64,000 bases of DNA from an uncultured Arcobacter sp. (GCA_965140705.1 OZ223300.1:1248001-1312000), one strand, 5' to 3'. Positions 48,105-59,159 are shown, numbered from the stretch's first letter. Notes: a model not told the origin generated them from the letters alone. Program-made: numbers and translations.

Positions 48105-48995
48105 ATGCAACATACAAAAGGTAATATATTAGGGTTATTAACAATATTTTTATGGTCAACCTTAGCTCTTTTTACTGTTTATTCTGGGAATATTCCTCCC
48201 TTTGAACTTTTAAGTATCTCTTTTTTTATTGCGTCACTTATTGGAGTTTTGATGTTAAAAAAGCAAAAAAGAAGTTTTGCAAGTTTGAAAACGATTCCTC
48301 TTAAAGCATATATAATAGGAGTCAGTGGATTATTTGGCTATCACTTTTTTTATTTTTTAGCCATAAAAAATGCACCTGCTGTTGAAGCAAACTTGTTAAA
48401 TTATTTATGGCCTTTACTTATTGTTCTTTTTTCAGCTCTTTTGCCAAATGAAAAGTTGAAATGGTTTCATATAGTAGGTACAATATTAGCTTTGATTGGT
48501 GCATTTTTACTTGTATTAAAAGATGGAAGTTTAGAATTTGATACAAAATATACCTTAGGTTATCTTTTTGCACTTGCTGCTGCACTTATTTGGTCAAGTT
48601 ATTCTGTTATATCTAAAACATTGACACATGTTCCAACCTTCGCAGTGACGGGTTTTTGTATAATAACTGCCATACTCTCTTTTATAGCACACTTAATTTT
48701 TGAACAGAGTATAACTCCTTCATTTACGGAGCTTTTGGCAGCTATCATGTTAGGACTAGGACCTGTTGGTGGAGCCTTTTATTTATGGGATTTTGCACTT
48801 AAAAATGGTGATATAAAAATATTAGGCTCTCTTGCATACTTAGCTCCACTTTTGTCAACATTGATTTTAGTACTAGTTGGAGTATCTAAAATGACAACAT
48901 CGATTGCCTTTGCTTGTTTATTTATAGTTTTAGGGTCAATTATTAGTTCAAAGCAGTATTTAAAAATAATAATAAATCTGATTTTTAAGTCTTGA
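48105..48995 (+). CDS. EamA/DMT family transporter (YddG-like)
   Basis: About 10 TM segments; APAVEANLLNYLWP and YLAPLLST motifs. Confidence 0.88.
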   Translation: MQHTKGNILGLLTIFLWSTLALFTVYSGNIPPFELLSISFFIASLIGVLMLKKQKRSFASLKTIPLKAYIIGVSGLFGYHFFYFLAIKNAPAVEANLLNYLWPLLIVLFSALLPNEKLKWFHIVGTILALIGAFLLVLKDGSLEFDTKYTLGYLFALAAALIWSSYSVISKTLTHVPTFAVTGFCIITAILSFIAHLIFEQSITPSFTELLAAIMLGLGPVGGAFYLWDFALKNGDIKILGSLAYLAPLLSTLILVLVGVSKMTTSIAFACLFIVLGSIISSKQYLKIIINLIFKS

Positions 48996-49428
48996 TAATA
49001 TAGACACCATAAAAATCAACGCAAACTTTATCATTCTCTATGATTTGAGAATGTATTTTTATTGAGGCACTATTTTTTGTATTTATTTTTGATTTTAAAC
49101 TATTTTGTTCTTCTTCATTTGGAATAAATGTAGTACAAACAATATCTTTGGTAACTGGTCTTATAAACTTTGTTTCATTTTTAAAGATGACTATATTTGC
49201 ATTTTCTATATTAAACTTTTTAGATAAATAATACGCCATACACCAAGATGAAATAATAGTTATACTATTTAAACTTCCTCCAAAAGCTGTTCCTTTATCA
49301 TTTACATTAATATCAAGGGGAGCAGTTGTAATAAGTTGAGTTTCATTTAAATCTTTTAATTCCAATTTCATAAGTTTTGTCATAGGTATTTGTGTATGTA
49401 TTTTATTTTCTATTTCTTTTATAACCAT
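48985..49428 (-). CDS. YiiD C-terminal-like hotdog thioesterase
   Basis: IPMT, APLDINVNDKGTAFGGS and FIRPV motifs. Confidence 0.85.
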   Translation of the reverse strand: MVIKEIENKIHTQIPMTKLMKLELKDLNETQLITTAPLDINVNDKGTAFGGSLNSITIISSWCMAYYLSKKFNIENANIVIFKNETKFIRPVTKDIVCTTFIPNEEEQNSLKSKINTKNSASIKIHSQIIENDKVCVDFYGVYIIKT

Positions 49429-51548
49429 TATTTCCCTTCTACTTTCTCTATAAATTTAAAAATCTTATTATATAATTCCTTTGTATTATCACCTTTAATA
49501 ATAACATGATTTTTTCGCTTTAAAATAACCAAATCTTTTTCTTTGGATTTTATTTTTTCAAATATCTCATAGGCAGATGCTGGATTTACAACTGGATCAT
49601 TTTTTCCTTGAATTATTAAAATAGGGCTTTGGATATTTTTAAGATTTTCTCTTGTTTTTACCATTAATTTACTTAATTGTTCTATGGCTTTGATATAAAA
49701 TTTATCATAATTTATATCTGGATTTTCAGCGTGATTATCTATATACTCTTTTGCATAACTATTTGCATGTACACTATTTACTAAATCATTCCAAAAAGAG
49801 ACAGCTGGAAGTAGAGTCTTAACTCGTATATCATTTAAATGTAAAGCAGTATTTATACAAATAATTCCAGCAAATTCCATATAACATTTTTTTGTACTAA
49901 GAAGTGAAAGAAGTCCTCCTGTTGAAAAACCAATAATAATAATTCTTTTGTGTTTTAATGTAGCAATTATAATTGCCCTTGAAAGGGATAAATACCAATC
50001 CTTCCATGTAGTATCTCTTAAGTCTTCTGGAACAGTTCCATGCCCTTTTAATCTTGGAGAATAAACATTTATCTCTTTATTTCTAATAAATTTACTTAAT
50101 TGTTCTACTTCTTTTGGAGATGAGGAAAAACCATGCAAAGTTATAACACAAACATCTGAAACAGCATGATTATAATATCTTGGTCTTCCTATTTCTTTAT
50201 CTTTTATATTTGGATAATCTTTAAACTTTTCATAATCAGATTCAAATTCATCATGCTCCTCTTTCTCTAAAGTAGCAAGAAGCAGTCTATCTATCTCTTC
50301 TTTCTCTTTTAAAACTAAGTTTTTTGCTAAAATATTTAGTTTGTCTATTATTAGTACTTCATTTAAAATAACGTGAAGTATATTTTTAAGACGAATTGTA
50401 TGGTGAGTATAACTATTTAAAAGAGCATCTTTATTTATAAAATAGTTAACTTTGTCTTCTAAAATAATATTATCTTTTAATGCAATTTTTAAAATATTTT
50501 CAAAGGGAAGAAATTCTTCATAGGAAATGAGATTTATAATATTACTTTCTTGTTCAATATCATAAGAAAAGAAGTTTGCTTTAAGCTCTTTCCATAAAAG
50601 ATAAATCATTCTTTTTAAATGATTTTTATTGATTGATTTTTTTGGATATAAAAAAATAAGAAGGATAAATATATGGTCAAAGTTTATATTTAAATTTTTA
50701 TAAATATTGTCCATAAAACGATGTGTTAATTCATATCTATATTTATTTATTATATTATTATGATTCTTCTCTTTTTTATAAATATCTTCTAAAATATCTT
50801 GGGTGCTAATTGGTTTTAGAATTTGAATTGTGATTTTAGAATTTAAAACAATATTTGATTCTATTTCTAACTCTTCTAAAAAGTGTTCTCCAATATTATC
50901 CATAAATTTTGAAACCATATCAAGTAAAAAGTTTTTTCCAGTACGAAGATTTGAATAAGATATATTAATAGGGACAATCATTGTCTCTTCTTCTCTTATG
51001 TCTTTACACTCATGTATGAAATATTTGTGTTGAAATTTTTTGAAGTCTTTTATTTTTCTACTAAAATAATCATTTCTTAATAATTGAGAGTTTAATGCAA
51101 AAAAAGCAGAACCTGTGTGTACAACTTGGCAGGTTCCATTTATCTTTACGCAAAAGTGATTTTTTTGCTTAGAAATATCCTTTGCTTTTACCATTAATCC
51201 TTCTGGAAAAACCATCCAATCTTTACATCCTGTAATTAAATCACCAATAATAGTATTATTTCTAAAAGGCGATGATTTTGGCATTGCTCCTATATCTTTT
51301 AAAAAGTTTCCAAAATAAGTATGAAATAAACTATCATCAGCAATGACACCTACTTTTTTATTGGTAAGTTCATATAAAGCATAGGGCACAAGTAAGGCTT
51401 CCATTCTTGTAAAATGATTTGCTACAAATATCTTAGGATTGTCTTTTGGAATATTTTCTGCTCCTTTGACCTCTATATTTGCATCAAATATTTTCTCTAA
51501 AATATTTAGCAAAATACCACTTGAATTTATAAGCAAATCTTTTTTCAT
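49428..51548 (-). CDS. Glycerolipid acyltransferase (PlsC/PlsB-like) fused to an alpha/beta hydrolase (lipase/esterase)
   Basis: N-terminal ANHFTRME and VFPEG; C-terminal LHGF, GHGT, nucleophile elbow GFSTG, DPVV and NH. Confidence 0.82.
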   Translation of the reverse strand: MKKDLLINSSGILLNILEKIFDANIEVKGAENIPKDNPKIFVANHFTRMEALLVPYALYELTNKKVGVIADDSLFHTYFGNFLKDIGAMPKSSPFRNNTIIGDLITGCKDWMVFPEGLMVKAKDISKQKNHFCVKINGTCQVVHTGSAFFALNSQLLRNDYFSRKIKDFKKFQHKYFIHECKDIREEETMIVPINISYSNLRTGKNFLLDMVSKFMDNIGEHFLEELEIESNIVLNSKITIQILKPISTQDILEDIYKKEKNHNNIINKYRYELTHRFMDNIYKNLNINFDHIFILLIFLYPKKSINKNHLKRMIYLLWKELKANFFSYDIEQESNIINLISYEEFLPFENILKIALKDNIILEDKVNYFINKDALLNSYTHHTIRLKNILHVILNEVLIIDKLNILAKNLVLKEKEEIDRLLLATLEKEEHDEFESDYEKFKDYPNIKDKEIGRPRYYNHAVSDVCVITLHGFSSSPKEVEQLSKFIRNKEINVYSPRLKGHGTVPEDLRDTTWKDWYLSLSRAIIIATLKHKRIIIIGFSTGGLLSLLSTKKCYMEFAGIICINTALHLNDIRVKTLLPAVSFWNDLVNSVHANSYAKEYIDNHAENPDINYDKFYIKAIEQLSKLMVKTRENLKNIQSPILIIQGKNDPVVNPASAYEIFEKIKSKEKDLVILKRKNHVIIKGDNTKELYNKIFKFIEKVEGK

Positions 51549-51552
51549 CTTT

Positions 51553-53913
51553 TTATCTCATTGTTTTGTATGTTCTAGCTTTATATGAGTCAACTTCTAT
51601 GATTGATTGTTTTAGTTTATTTGCTTTTTTTAATTGTGTTAATTCGCTTTTATCAATAATTCCTTTTTCTAAGGCTTCTTCAAACATATTTTCTAAAGAG
51701 TCTTTTTTTATATCACCATTTTTAATAGCCAATTTTATTTTTATAAAGGCTGGTTTTGTTTCATTGTTTAATTCAATTGCTTTTTCTAAGATATTTATTC
51801 TATCTTTTGAATCACTTGAAACAAATACACTTGAAGTAAGCTCTTTTAGATATGCTTCATTTTTTAAGTTATTTACAATCTTTTCATTTAATTTGTCTGG
51901 TGATTTTACACTTAAGGGATTTAATCTTGCTAGTGGTAAGAAAACCTTTAACATAGGAAGATTATATAAGATATTCTCTTTTGCTTTTTGAATCTCTTCA
52001 AAGGCATAGTTACATATATAATTAACTAAATCTTTATCTTCTTCTTTAGGATTATTATCAAATTCTCTAAGGGTTGCAGTTATTAAATACATATAAGAAA
52101 GCATATCTCCAAATCTTCCAGAAATATTTTCTCTTTTTTTAAGAGCTGGTCCTAAAAGAGCAAGTGCTGTATTACTTAATAGTGTAAACTCTGAACTTGC
52201 CCAAACAAGTTTTTGTTTGTATCTTTTGAAATTTCCTTGTGTTTTTAAGAAATATCCCCTTGTGAAATAACAAGTAATAGTTTTAGCAAAAGCTTTAACT
52301 ACAAGTTTTATATGAGAAAAAAATGCTTCATCAAAAGCTTCCACATCATTTTTATTTAAAGCTTGTATCTCTTTATAAATATAAGGGTGTGATTTTATTA
52401 ATCCTTGCCCAAATTGCATCAAATTTCTAGTAAGAATATTTGCACCTTCAACAGTAATAGAAATAGGAAGAGCAAAATATGCATGGGCTAATAGATTTTT
52501 TTCACCCCTTATAATTCCACTTCCTCCTACTACATCCATAGAGTCATTTATCACTTCTCTAAATTTTTCAGTTGCATGGTATTTCATAACAGAGTTAATA
52601 ACTCCTGGTCTTACTCCATTATCTATTGCATCAAGAGTATAGTTTCTTGAAGCATTTAACATATAAGTAAAGGCTGCAATTTTTGCAATTTTTTCTTCAA
52701 CACCTTCAAATCTATCAATACTAAGTCCAAATTGTTCTCTAATTTGTGAATATGAAGATACAACTTTAAGGGCAAATTTACTTCCTCCTAAAGAGACACT
52801 TGGAAGTGATATTCCTCTTCCAATAGATAGTGATTCAACAAGCATTTGCCAACCAAGTCCAATACCATCAATTCCTCCTATAATATCATCGATTTCAATA
52901 ACTACATCTTTACCAAATAATGGAGAATTTACAAATGGAATACCAAGTGGATCATGACGTCTTGAATTATCTATTCCTTTTAATTTAGAATCAAGTAACC
53001 CAAATGTAATACCTAAATCTTTCTTTTCACCTAATATTTGATCTGGGTCATGTAGTTGAAAAGCAATACCTATAAGAGTTGCTACATTTCCTAAAGTTAT
53101 ATATCTTTTTTCAAAATTTAGTTTAATTTTTATTTTTTTATCTTCATCTTTAAATATAACACCACTTGAAGTAATTGAAGTAGCATCACTCCCTGCATTT
53201 GGTTCAGTTAGTCCAAAACAAGGAACTTGTCTACCATTTGCTAAGTCTTCAAGATATTTATCTTTTTGGACTTGTGTTCCATATTTTAAAATTAACTCAG
53301 CAGGTCCAAGAGAGTTTGGTACCATAATAGTGATAGCTAATACTTGAGAACGACTAACCAGTTTTTCTATTACATGGGAATGGGCAGTTGCAGAAAATCC
53401 TAAACCACCATACTCTTTTGGAATAATCATTCCAAAGAATTTTTTATCTTTTATAAATTTCCAAACCTCAGGACTTAAATCTCTATTTTGAAATATTTCC
53501 CAATCCGTAGTCATAGAACATAGTTCATTTACTTCATTATTTATAAAAGCTTGCTCTTCTTTTGTAAGTTTTGTTACATATTCTTCTTTTATTCTTTTGA
53601 AGTTTATATCTGCTTTAAAATAATCAGATTCAACCCAATTTGTTCCAGCTTGAAGGGCTGCTTCTTCTGTGGCAGATATTTTTGGTAATAAGCCTTTTTT
53701 CATAATAAACTTAACTAAAGGAGAAGTTATAAGATTTATTCTATTTTTGTGTATTATAAAAGTAACTGCTAAAATGGCAAATATAACCCAAAATAAAATA
53801 TTTGTATCAAAAAATACTAGTGAATATACACCAATAAAACCAAACCATAAAATTAAAGGATATGAAAAGTATCCAAAAATGATAAGTATAAGTACAAACG
53901 CTAAAGCTTCCAT
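51553..53913 (-). CDS. fadE: Acyl-CoA dehydrogenase (long FadE type)
   Basis: N-terminal TM, LPKISATE, VPNSLGPAEL, GLTEPNAGSDA, GRGISLP and ITVEGANILTR motifs. Confidence 0.9.
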   Translation of the reverse strand: MEALAFVLILIIFGYFSYPLILWFGFIGVYSLVFFDTNILFWVIFAILAVTFIIHKNRINLITSPLVKFIMKKGLLPKISATEEAALQAGTNWVESDYFKADINFKRIKEEYVTKLTKEEQAFINNEVNELCSMTTDWEIFQNRDLSPEVWKFIKDKKFFGMIIPKEYGGLGFSATAHSHVIEKLVSRSQVLAITIMVPNSLGPAELILKYGTQVQKDKYLEDLANGRQVPCFGLTEPNAGSDATSITSSGVIFKDEDKKIKIKLNFEKRYITLGNVATLIGIAFQLHDPDQILGEKKDLGITFGLLDSKLKGIDNSRRHDPLGIPFVNSPLFGKDVVIEIDDIIGGIDGIGLGWQMLVESLSIGRGISLPSVSLGGSKFALKVVSSYSQIREQFGLSIDRFEGVEEKIAKIAAFTYMLNASRNYTLDAIDNGVRPGVINSVMKYHATEKFREVINDSMDVVGGSGIIRGEKNLLAHAYFALPISITVEGANILTRNLMQFGQGLIKSHPYIYKEIQALNKNDVEAFDEAFFSHIKLVVKAFAKTITCYFTRGYFLKTQGNFKRYKQKLVWASSEFTLLSNTALALLGPALKKRENISGRFGDMLSYMYLITATLREFDNNPKEEDKDLVNYICNYAFEEIQKAKENILYNLPMLKVFLPLARLNPLSVKSPDKLNEKIVNNLKNEAYLKELTSSVFVSSDSKDRINILEKAIELNNETKPAFIKIKLAIKNGDIKKDSLENMFEEALEKGIIDKSELTQLKKANKLKQSIIEVDSYKARTYKTMR

Positions 53914-56021
53914 AGTTCTTCTCCTGTTTTAAAATCTTTATTCTCTTTATTTAATTTTTCTAATAATAAACTTGGTTTAAATCTTTCCCCAAAAACTTTT
54001 TCATATTGTTTTAGTTCATCTACAATATATGAAATTCCCATATCATTTGCAAAGGCACAAATTCCACCTTTATATGGAGGAAAACCTGTTCCTGTAATCA
54101 TAGCAAAATCTATGATTTTTGGATCATTTACAATACCTTCTTCCAAACATCTTGAAGCTTCATTTACCATAATAAACATACAACGTTCAATTATCTCTTT
54201 TTGGGTAAATTCTTTTCTATTTGTTGGAAGTAGTTTTGTAACTTCTTCATTTATTTCTAAATTTTTTGTGTTATGAAGATAAAAACCTTTTTTGCCTTTT
54301 TTACCTAATAATTTTAAGTCCTTATATACTTTTGTAAGTATAGGAGCTACAGTCATACGTGAACCATATGATTCTTGTAATATTGTTGCTACTTTAAAAC
54401 CTATATCAATACCAACAGTATCTGCTAAAATAAAAGGTCCCATAGGTAAACCAAAATCTTTTAAAATCTTATCTATGGTTTTAATATCTGAACCCTCTTC
54501 AAGTATAAAAGCGGCCTCATTGATATATGGAAGTAAAATACGATTGACAATAAATCCTGCACAATCTCCAACTACTATGGGTGTTTTCCCGCAAGTAGTT
54601 AATAATTCTATTACTCTATTTATAGTCTTTTTAGAAGTATGTGATGAAGGGATAACTTCAACAAGTGGCATCATATTTACAGGATTGAAAAAATGTATTC
54701 CCAAAAAGTTTTTCTTATTTTTTAGTTCACTTCCAAGTTTTTCTATGGAGATAGAAGAAGTATTTGTTGCAATAATTGCTTCTTTATCAAGAACTTCTTC
54801 TAGTTCTTTAAAAGCCTCTTTTTTTGCATTTTCATCTTCAATAATAGCTTCTAGAGCTAGTTGGGTTTGACCTAAGCCATTAAATTTATCAGTATAAGAG
54901 ATTTTATTTAATTTAAAATCAACTTGATTTTGACTCATAGTTCTTCTTTTTATAGAACTATCATATAGTTTTGCAACGTCTTTTATGATGTCGTGGGCTT
55001 GTTCTATTTTTCTTATTTTGATTCTTACTTCATTTAGAAATTTTGAAAATAACCAAATAATTCCTTTGCCCATTACACCATTTCCAAGTACCGCAACATT
55101 TGAAATTGGAGCTGGTGTTTTTTCGAAATTTTTATTTAGTTTTTCAAACATGAAAAATAGCTCTATCATATACTTAGACTCTTTTGTTGCTGCTAGTTGT
55201 GAAAAAGCTCTAGCTTCTATATCTATACCTTTTTCAAAGCTTTCAGTAAAAGTATTTTGTATAACTTCTAAAGCAGTATACGGTGCTTTAAAATCTCTAT
55301 TTACTTTTTTTTCTATTCCTTGTAATGATTTTTTGTAAATGTATGCCCTTGTGAAAGAAAATTTTTCCATAAGATTATTTACAAAAGGTAGTTTTTTTCT
55401 TTGAACTTTGTTTTCAAGAACTTTTGTAATAAACTCTTTTAACTTAAACTCTTTTTGTCCATTATCAAATATTTCATCCACAAGTCCCATTTTTAATGCT
55501 TTTTTAGCATCATGGTTTTTACCCGTTAAAATCATCTCAAGGGCAGTTATAAGACCTACAAGTTTTGGGGCTCTTTGCGTTCCCCCAAGACCTGGGAAAA
55601 ATCCAAGTTTTATCTCCGGAAAGGCTAATTTTGTTTTTTCATTTGTAGTAGCAACTCTATATTTACAACATAAAGCAAGTTCTAAACCTCCACCCATACA
55701 AGCTCCATTGATATAGGCTATTGTTGGTATACTTAAGGCTTCTAGTTTATTTAAGATATTATCACCTTTTGTGATTTGCTCATAAACTTCTTCTTCTGTG
55801 CCCATAGCCTCTATCTCTTTAATATCAGCACCTGCAATAAAGATAGTAGGTTTTGCACTATCAATAATAAGAACCTTTATTTTACTATTTTGTTTTATCT
55901 CATCTAAGGCACTGTCTAGTTCACTTAATACTTCAAAAGATAGTTTATTTGCCTTTGTGTTTTTTAAATCAAAGGTTAGTGTTGCAATATCATTATTTAT
56001 TTCTAAATTTAAATTATTCAT
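53901..56021 (-). CDS. Fatty-acid oxidation complex alpha subunit (enoyl-CoA hydratase / 3-hydroxyacyl-CoA dehydrogenase; FadJ/FadB type)
   Basis: AGADI, GGGLELAL, PEIKLG, GNGVMG, TNTSS, HFFNP and GFIVNR motifs. Confidence 0.92.
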   Translation of the reverse strand: MNNLNLEINNDIATLTFDLKNTKANKLSFEVLSELDSALDEIKQNSKIKVLIIDSAKPTIFIAGADIKEIEAMGTEEEVYEQITKGDNILNKLEALSIPTIAYINGACMGGGLELALCCKYRVATTNEKTKLAFPEIKLGFFPGLGGTQRAPKLVGLITALEMILTGKNHDAKKALKMGLVDEIFDNGQKEFKLKEFITKVLENKVQRKKLPFVNNLMEKFSFTRAYIYKKSLQGIEKKVNRDFKAPYTALEVIQNTFTESFEKGIDIEARAFSQLAATKESKYMIELFFMFEKLNKNFEKTPAPISNVAVLGNGVMGKGIIWLFSKFLNEVRIKIRKIEQAHDIIKDVAKLYDSSIKRRTMSQNQVDFKLNKISYTDKFNGLGQTQLALEAIIEDENAKKEAFKELEEVLDKEAIIATNTSSISIEKLGSELKNKKNFLGIHFFNPVNMMPLVEVIPSSHTSKKTINRVIELLTTCGKTPIVVGDCAGFIVNRILLPYINEAAFILEEGSDIKTIDKILKDFGLPMGPFILADTVGIDIGFKVATILQESYGSRMTVAPILTKVYKDLKLLGKKGKKGFYLHNTKNLEINEEVTKLLPTNRKEFTQKEIIERCMFIMVNEASRCLEEGIVNDPKIIDFAMITGTGFPPYKGGICAFANDMGISYIVDELKQYEKVFGERFKPSLLLEKLNKENKDFKTGEELWKL

Positions 56022-56022
56022 T

Positions 56023-57297
56023 TTATACCTCCACTAGAAAACTTGCACCTTGCCCACCACCAACACAAAGTGTAGCAAGACCAGTTTTTAGGCCTTTTCT
56101 TTTAAGTTCTTTTACTGTGTGAAGTACAATTCTAGCTCCACTCATACCAACTGGATGACCAATGGCAATTGCTCCTCCATTTACATTTAATATCTCTTCA
56201 TTTATTTCACCAAGAGGCTCAGAGTTAAACTCTTTTTTACAAAAACTCTTTGATTTAAAAGCTTCAAGGTTTGCAATAACTTGCGCAGCAAAAGCTTCAT
56301 TTAGTTCTATTAAATCTATATCTTTTAGACTGACACCTGTTTTATCAAAAAGTTTTTTTGTAGCAAAGATTGGACCTAAGCCCATTCTATTTGCATCAAG
56401 ACCAGCATAAGCATAATCTTTTATAAAACCTATTGGCTCAACTCCAAGCTCTTTTGCTTTTGATTCAGAGCATAATATCATCATACAAGCACCATCTGAA
56501 ACTTGAGATGAGTTTCCAGCGGTTACAGTTCCACTTGTTCTATCAAATATAGGGCGAAGTTTTTTTAAAGCATCAATGTTTTGGTTAAATCTTATTCCAT
56601 CATCATCCATGATTGAAGAATCTTTTGTCATAATAGGGTGTATTTCATCTTTTAAAATTCCACTTTCTATTGCTTTTTGTGCTTTTAGGTGTGATTGTAA
56701 TGAATATTCATCTTGGGCTTCACGGCTTATTTTAAACTCATTTGCAAGATTCTCAGCAGTTATTCCCATGATTTTTCCAGAAATTGGGTCTGTTAATCCA
56801 GAAATTAATCCAATGGTGGGTTTTAAAAAACTAAGCCGAAAACTTGTAAGTAGTTTTAGTTTTTCAGATGTACTTTTTGCATAGGTAAATTTTGTCATAA
56901 AATCTTTAAATTGGTTTGAAAAGAGTAGGGGAATATTACTCATGGATTCAACTCCACCAGCCAGATATATTTCTCCTTGATTTGTATATATTTTTTCAAT
57001 TGAGCTTGATAGGGCTTGCATACCTGAAGCACAATTTCTATGAACAGTATATGCAATGGTTTTTTTAGGAAAACCAGCTCTCATGGCTAGAACTCTTGCT
57101 ATATTTGCTGCATTTGCTGGTTGGGCAACATTTCCAATAATAACTTCATCAAAATCATCATATGGTATATTATTTCTAAGAACTAACTCTTTTGCAATAA
57201 TTGCACCTAAGCTATCAGCACTTACATTATTTAATTTCCCATTTGCTTTTGCTACTGGGCTTCTTAATCCATCAATTATCGCTATTCTTTCACGCAT
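56023..57297 (-). CDS. Acetyl-CoA C-acyltransferase (3-ketoacyl-CoA thiolase; FadI/FadA type)
   Basis: NCASG, NEAFA, GHPVG and CVGGGQG motifs. Confidence 0.93.
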   Translation of the reverse strand: MRERIAIIDGLRSPVAKANGKLNNVSADSLGAIIAKELVLRNNIPYDDFDEVIIGNVAQPANAANIARVLAMRAGFPKKTIAYTVHRNCASGMQALSSSIEKIYTNQGEIYLAGGVESMSNIPLLFSNQFKDFMTKFTYAKSTSEKLKLLTSFRLSFLKPTIGLISGLTDPISGKIMGITAENLANEFKISREAQDEYSLQSHLKAQKAIESGILKDEIHPIMTKDSSIMDDDGIRFNQNIDALKKLRPIFDRTSGTVTAGNSSQVSDGACMMILCSESKAKELGVEPIGFIKDYAYAGLDANRMGLGPIFATKKLFDKTGVSLKDIDLIELNEAFAAQVIANLEAFKSKSFCKKEFNSEPLGEINEEILNVNGGAIAIGHPVGMSGARIVLHTVKELKRKGLKTGLATLCVGGGQGASFLVEV

Positions 57298-57306
57298 TTT
57301 AAGCTC

Positions 57307-59028
57307 CTAATACATACTTTGAATTTCTTCTTTATATTTATTTTCAATTGCTTCTCTACAAACTTTCATAGAAGGGGTTAACTCTCCACCTTCTATTGTG
57401 GCTTGTTTTGTTATTAGTTTATATTTTATAATCATTTCCCATTTATTTACTTTTTTGTTTAATCTATCTATATGGTTTTGTATAGATTTTTGAATTCTAC
57501 TTTGGTTAAAATACTCCTCTATAGTTAAGTTATTTGATTTTCCATGTTGAGTATATCGTTCATGGTCAACAAAGAGTAGAGCTGTAGTATATTTTCTATT
57601 ACTTGATATTAAAACTGCAAACTCTATATATTTGTTTTTAGAAAGTTCTTGTTCAATTGGAATTGCATTTACATACTCTCCTGTAGAAGTTTTAAATATA
57701 TCTTTTTTTCTACTTTTTATATAAATATATCCATCTTCATCAATTGAAGCCACATCTCCTGTATGAAGCCAACCATTTTCATCAATAGTTTTTTTAGTTA
57801 GTTCTTTATTATTTAAATATCCTTTCATTAAAGAAGGACCTTTTACTAGAAGTTCATCATTTTCAATCTTAACTTCTACCGTTGGCATCGCTTTACCTGA
57901 TGTTCCCACACGATTTGCCCCAGGATAATTTGTAGAAATAACTGGTGAAAACTCAGTCATCCCATATCCCTGATATAGTGGAATTCCAATATTTAAGAAA
58001 AATTGATAGATATTTTTTTCTAAAGGAGCACCTCCTGAAACTAACCACTTGATTCTTCCACCAAATATTTCTCTAAATCTTGAATAAACAAGTTTATTAA
58101 AAAGTTTAAATAAGATTGAGTCTTTATTTATATTCTCTTTTAGTGCATAGTGAAAAGCAAAAGAAGCAATTATCCTACTAAAAAAGGGTTTGTCAGATAT
58201 ATTTGTTTTTATTTTGTAATATATTTTTTCTAAAAGTCTTGGTACTACCGTCATCATTGTTGGACGGACTGTTTTCATCAACGTTGCTACATTTGTAATA
58301 TCATCTATAAAGTAAATAGAAACACCCCTTGAAATATAGTAACTCATAACAGCTCTTTCAAAAATATGAGCAAGGGGAAGTATTGATAAAATGACTTCTT
58401 TTTTATCCAATTGAATTAACTCATTTATATCTTTTACCTGGGAAATTATATTTTTATGACTTAGAATAACACCTTTTGGATCACCTGTATTTCCACTTGT
58501 ATAAACAATAGAAAAAATATCATCTTCTTTTGGTTTATGTTCTACATATTCAAGTCTATTGCAAATCTCTTTTCCCATAACTATTATTTCATCCAAGTTG
58601 TAGTAGTTTTTCTCTTTTATACAAAAATTATGGGTGATGAAAATAATCTCTTCTTTTATGTCATTTATTCTATTTATATCATCTATAAAGATATATTTAC
58701 ATTTTGAATCTTTAAGTTCAAAGTTTAAATTTTTTGTTGAGATGTTTGCAAATATTGGGACAGATATTGCTCCTAGCTGTTGAAGTGCAAAATCAAAGAT
58801 TAACCAAAACGGAGAAGATTTTGAAAAAATAGCGACCATAGTGCCTTTTTTTATACCTAAGTTTTGTAAAGCAGCACATAAGCAAATGACTTTTTCTTTG
58901 AATTGTAATGCTGATATTGATTCATATTTATTATTAGCATTTATGAAGTTTAGTAAAGTTGGATTATCATAAGTAGTTGTTAGATAATCAAACATTTCAT
59001 TGTAAGTAGAAAATCTATATGGATTCAT
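57307..59028 (-). CDS. fadD: Long-chain fatty acid-CoA ligase
   Basis: YTSGNTGDPKG, GYGMTE, WLHTGD and GELTPSMK motifs. Confidence 0.88.
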   Translation of the reverse strand: MNPYRFSTYNEMFDYLTTTYDNPTLLNFINANNKYESISALQFKEKVICLCAALQNLGIKKGTMVAIFSKSSPFWLIFDFALQQLGAISVPIFANISTKNLNFELKDSKCKYIFIDDINRINDIKEEIIFITHNFCIKEKNYYNLDEIIVMGKEICNRLEYVEHKPKEDDIFSIVYTSGNTGDPKGVILSHKNIISQVKDINELIQLDKKEVILSILPLAHIFERAVMSYYISRGVSIYFIDDITNVATLMKTVRPTMMTVVPRLLEKIYYKIKTNISDKPFFSRIIASFAFHYALKENINKDSILFKLFNKLVYSRFREIFGGRIKWLVSGGAPLEKNIYQFFLNIGIPLYQGYGMTEFSPVISTNYPGANRVGTSGKAMPTVEVKIENDELLVKGPSLMKGYLNNKELTKKTIDENGWLHTGDVASIDEDGYIYIKSRKKDIFKTSTGEYVNAIPIEQELSKNKYIEFAVLISSNRKYTTALLFVDHERYTQHGKSNNLTIEEYFNQSRIQKSIQNHIDRLNKKVNKWEMIIKYKLITKQATIEGGELTPSMKVCREAIENKYKEEIQSMY

Positions 59029-59054
59029 GGAATAACCCTTAACTAACTAATATA

Positions 59055-59076
59055 ACAATATTGTATCATTATAACA
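59055..59076 (-). promoter_or_regulatory. fad operon promoter (extended -10) with palindrome near the start site
   Basis: TGTTATAAT on the - strand (59076-59068); ACAATATTGT palindrome at 59055-59064. Confidence 0.5.
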
Positions 59077-59159
59077 AAAAAATAACAGAAATGTTTTAAT
59101 TAATAATTATAATTAAGAAAAATATAACATTAGTAATTAAAGTAAAAAATTAAGTTTAT

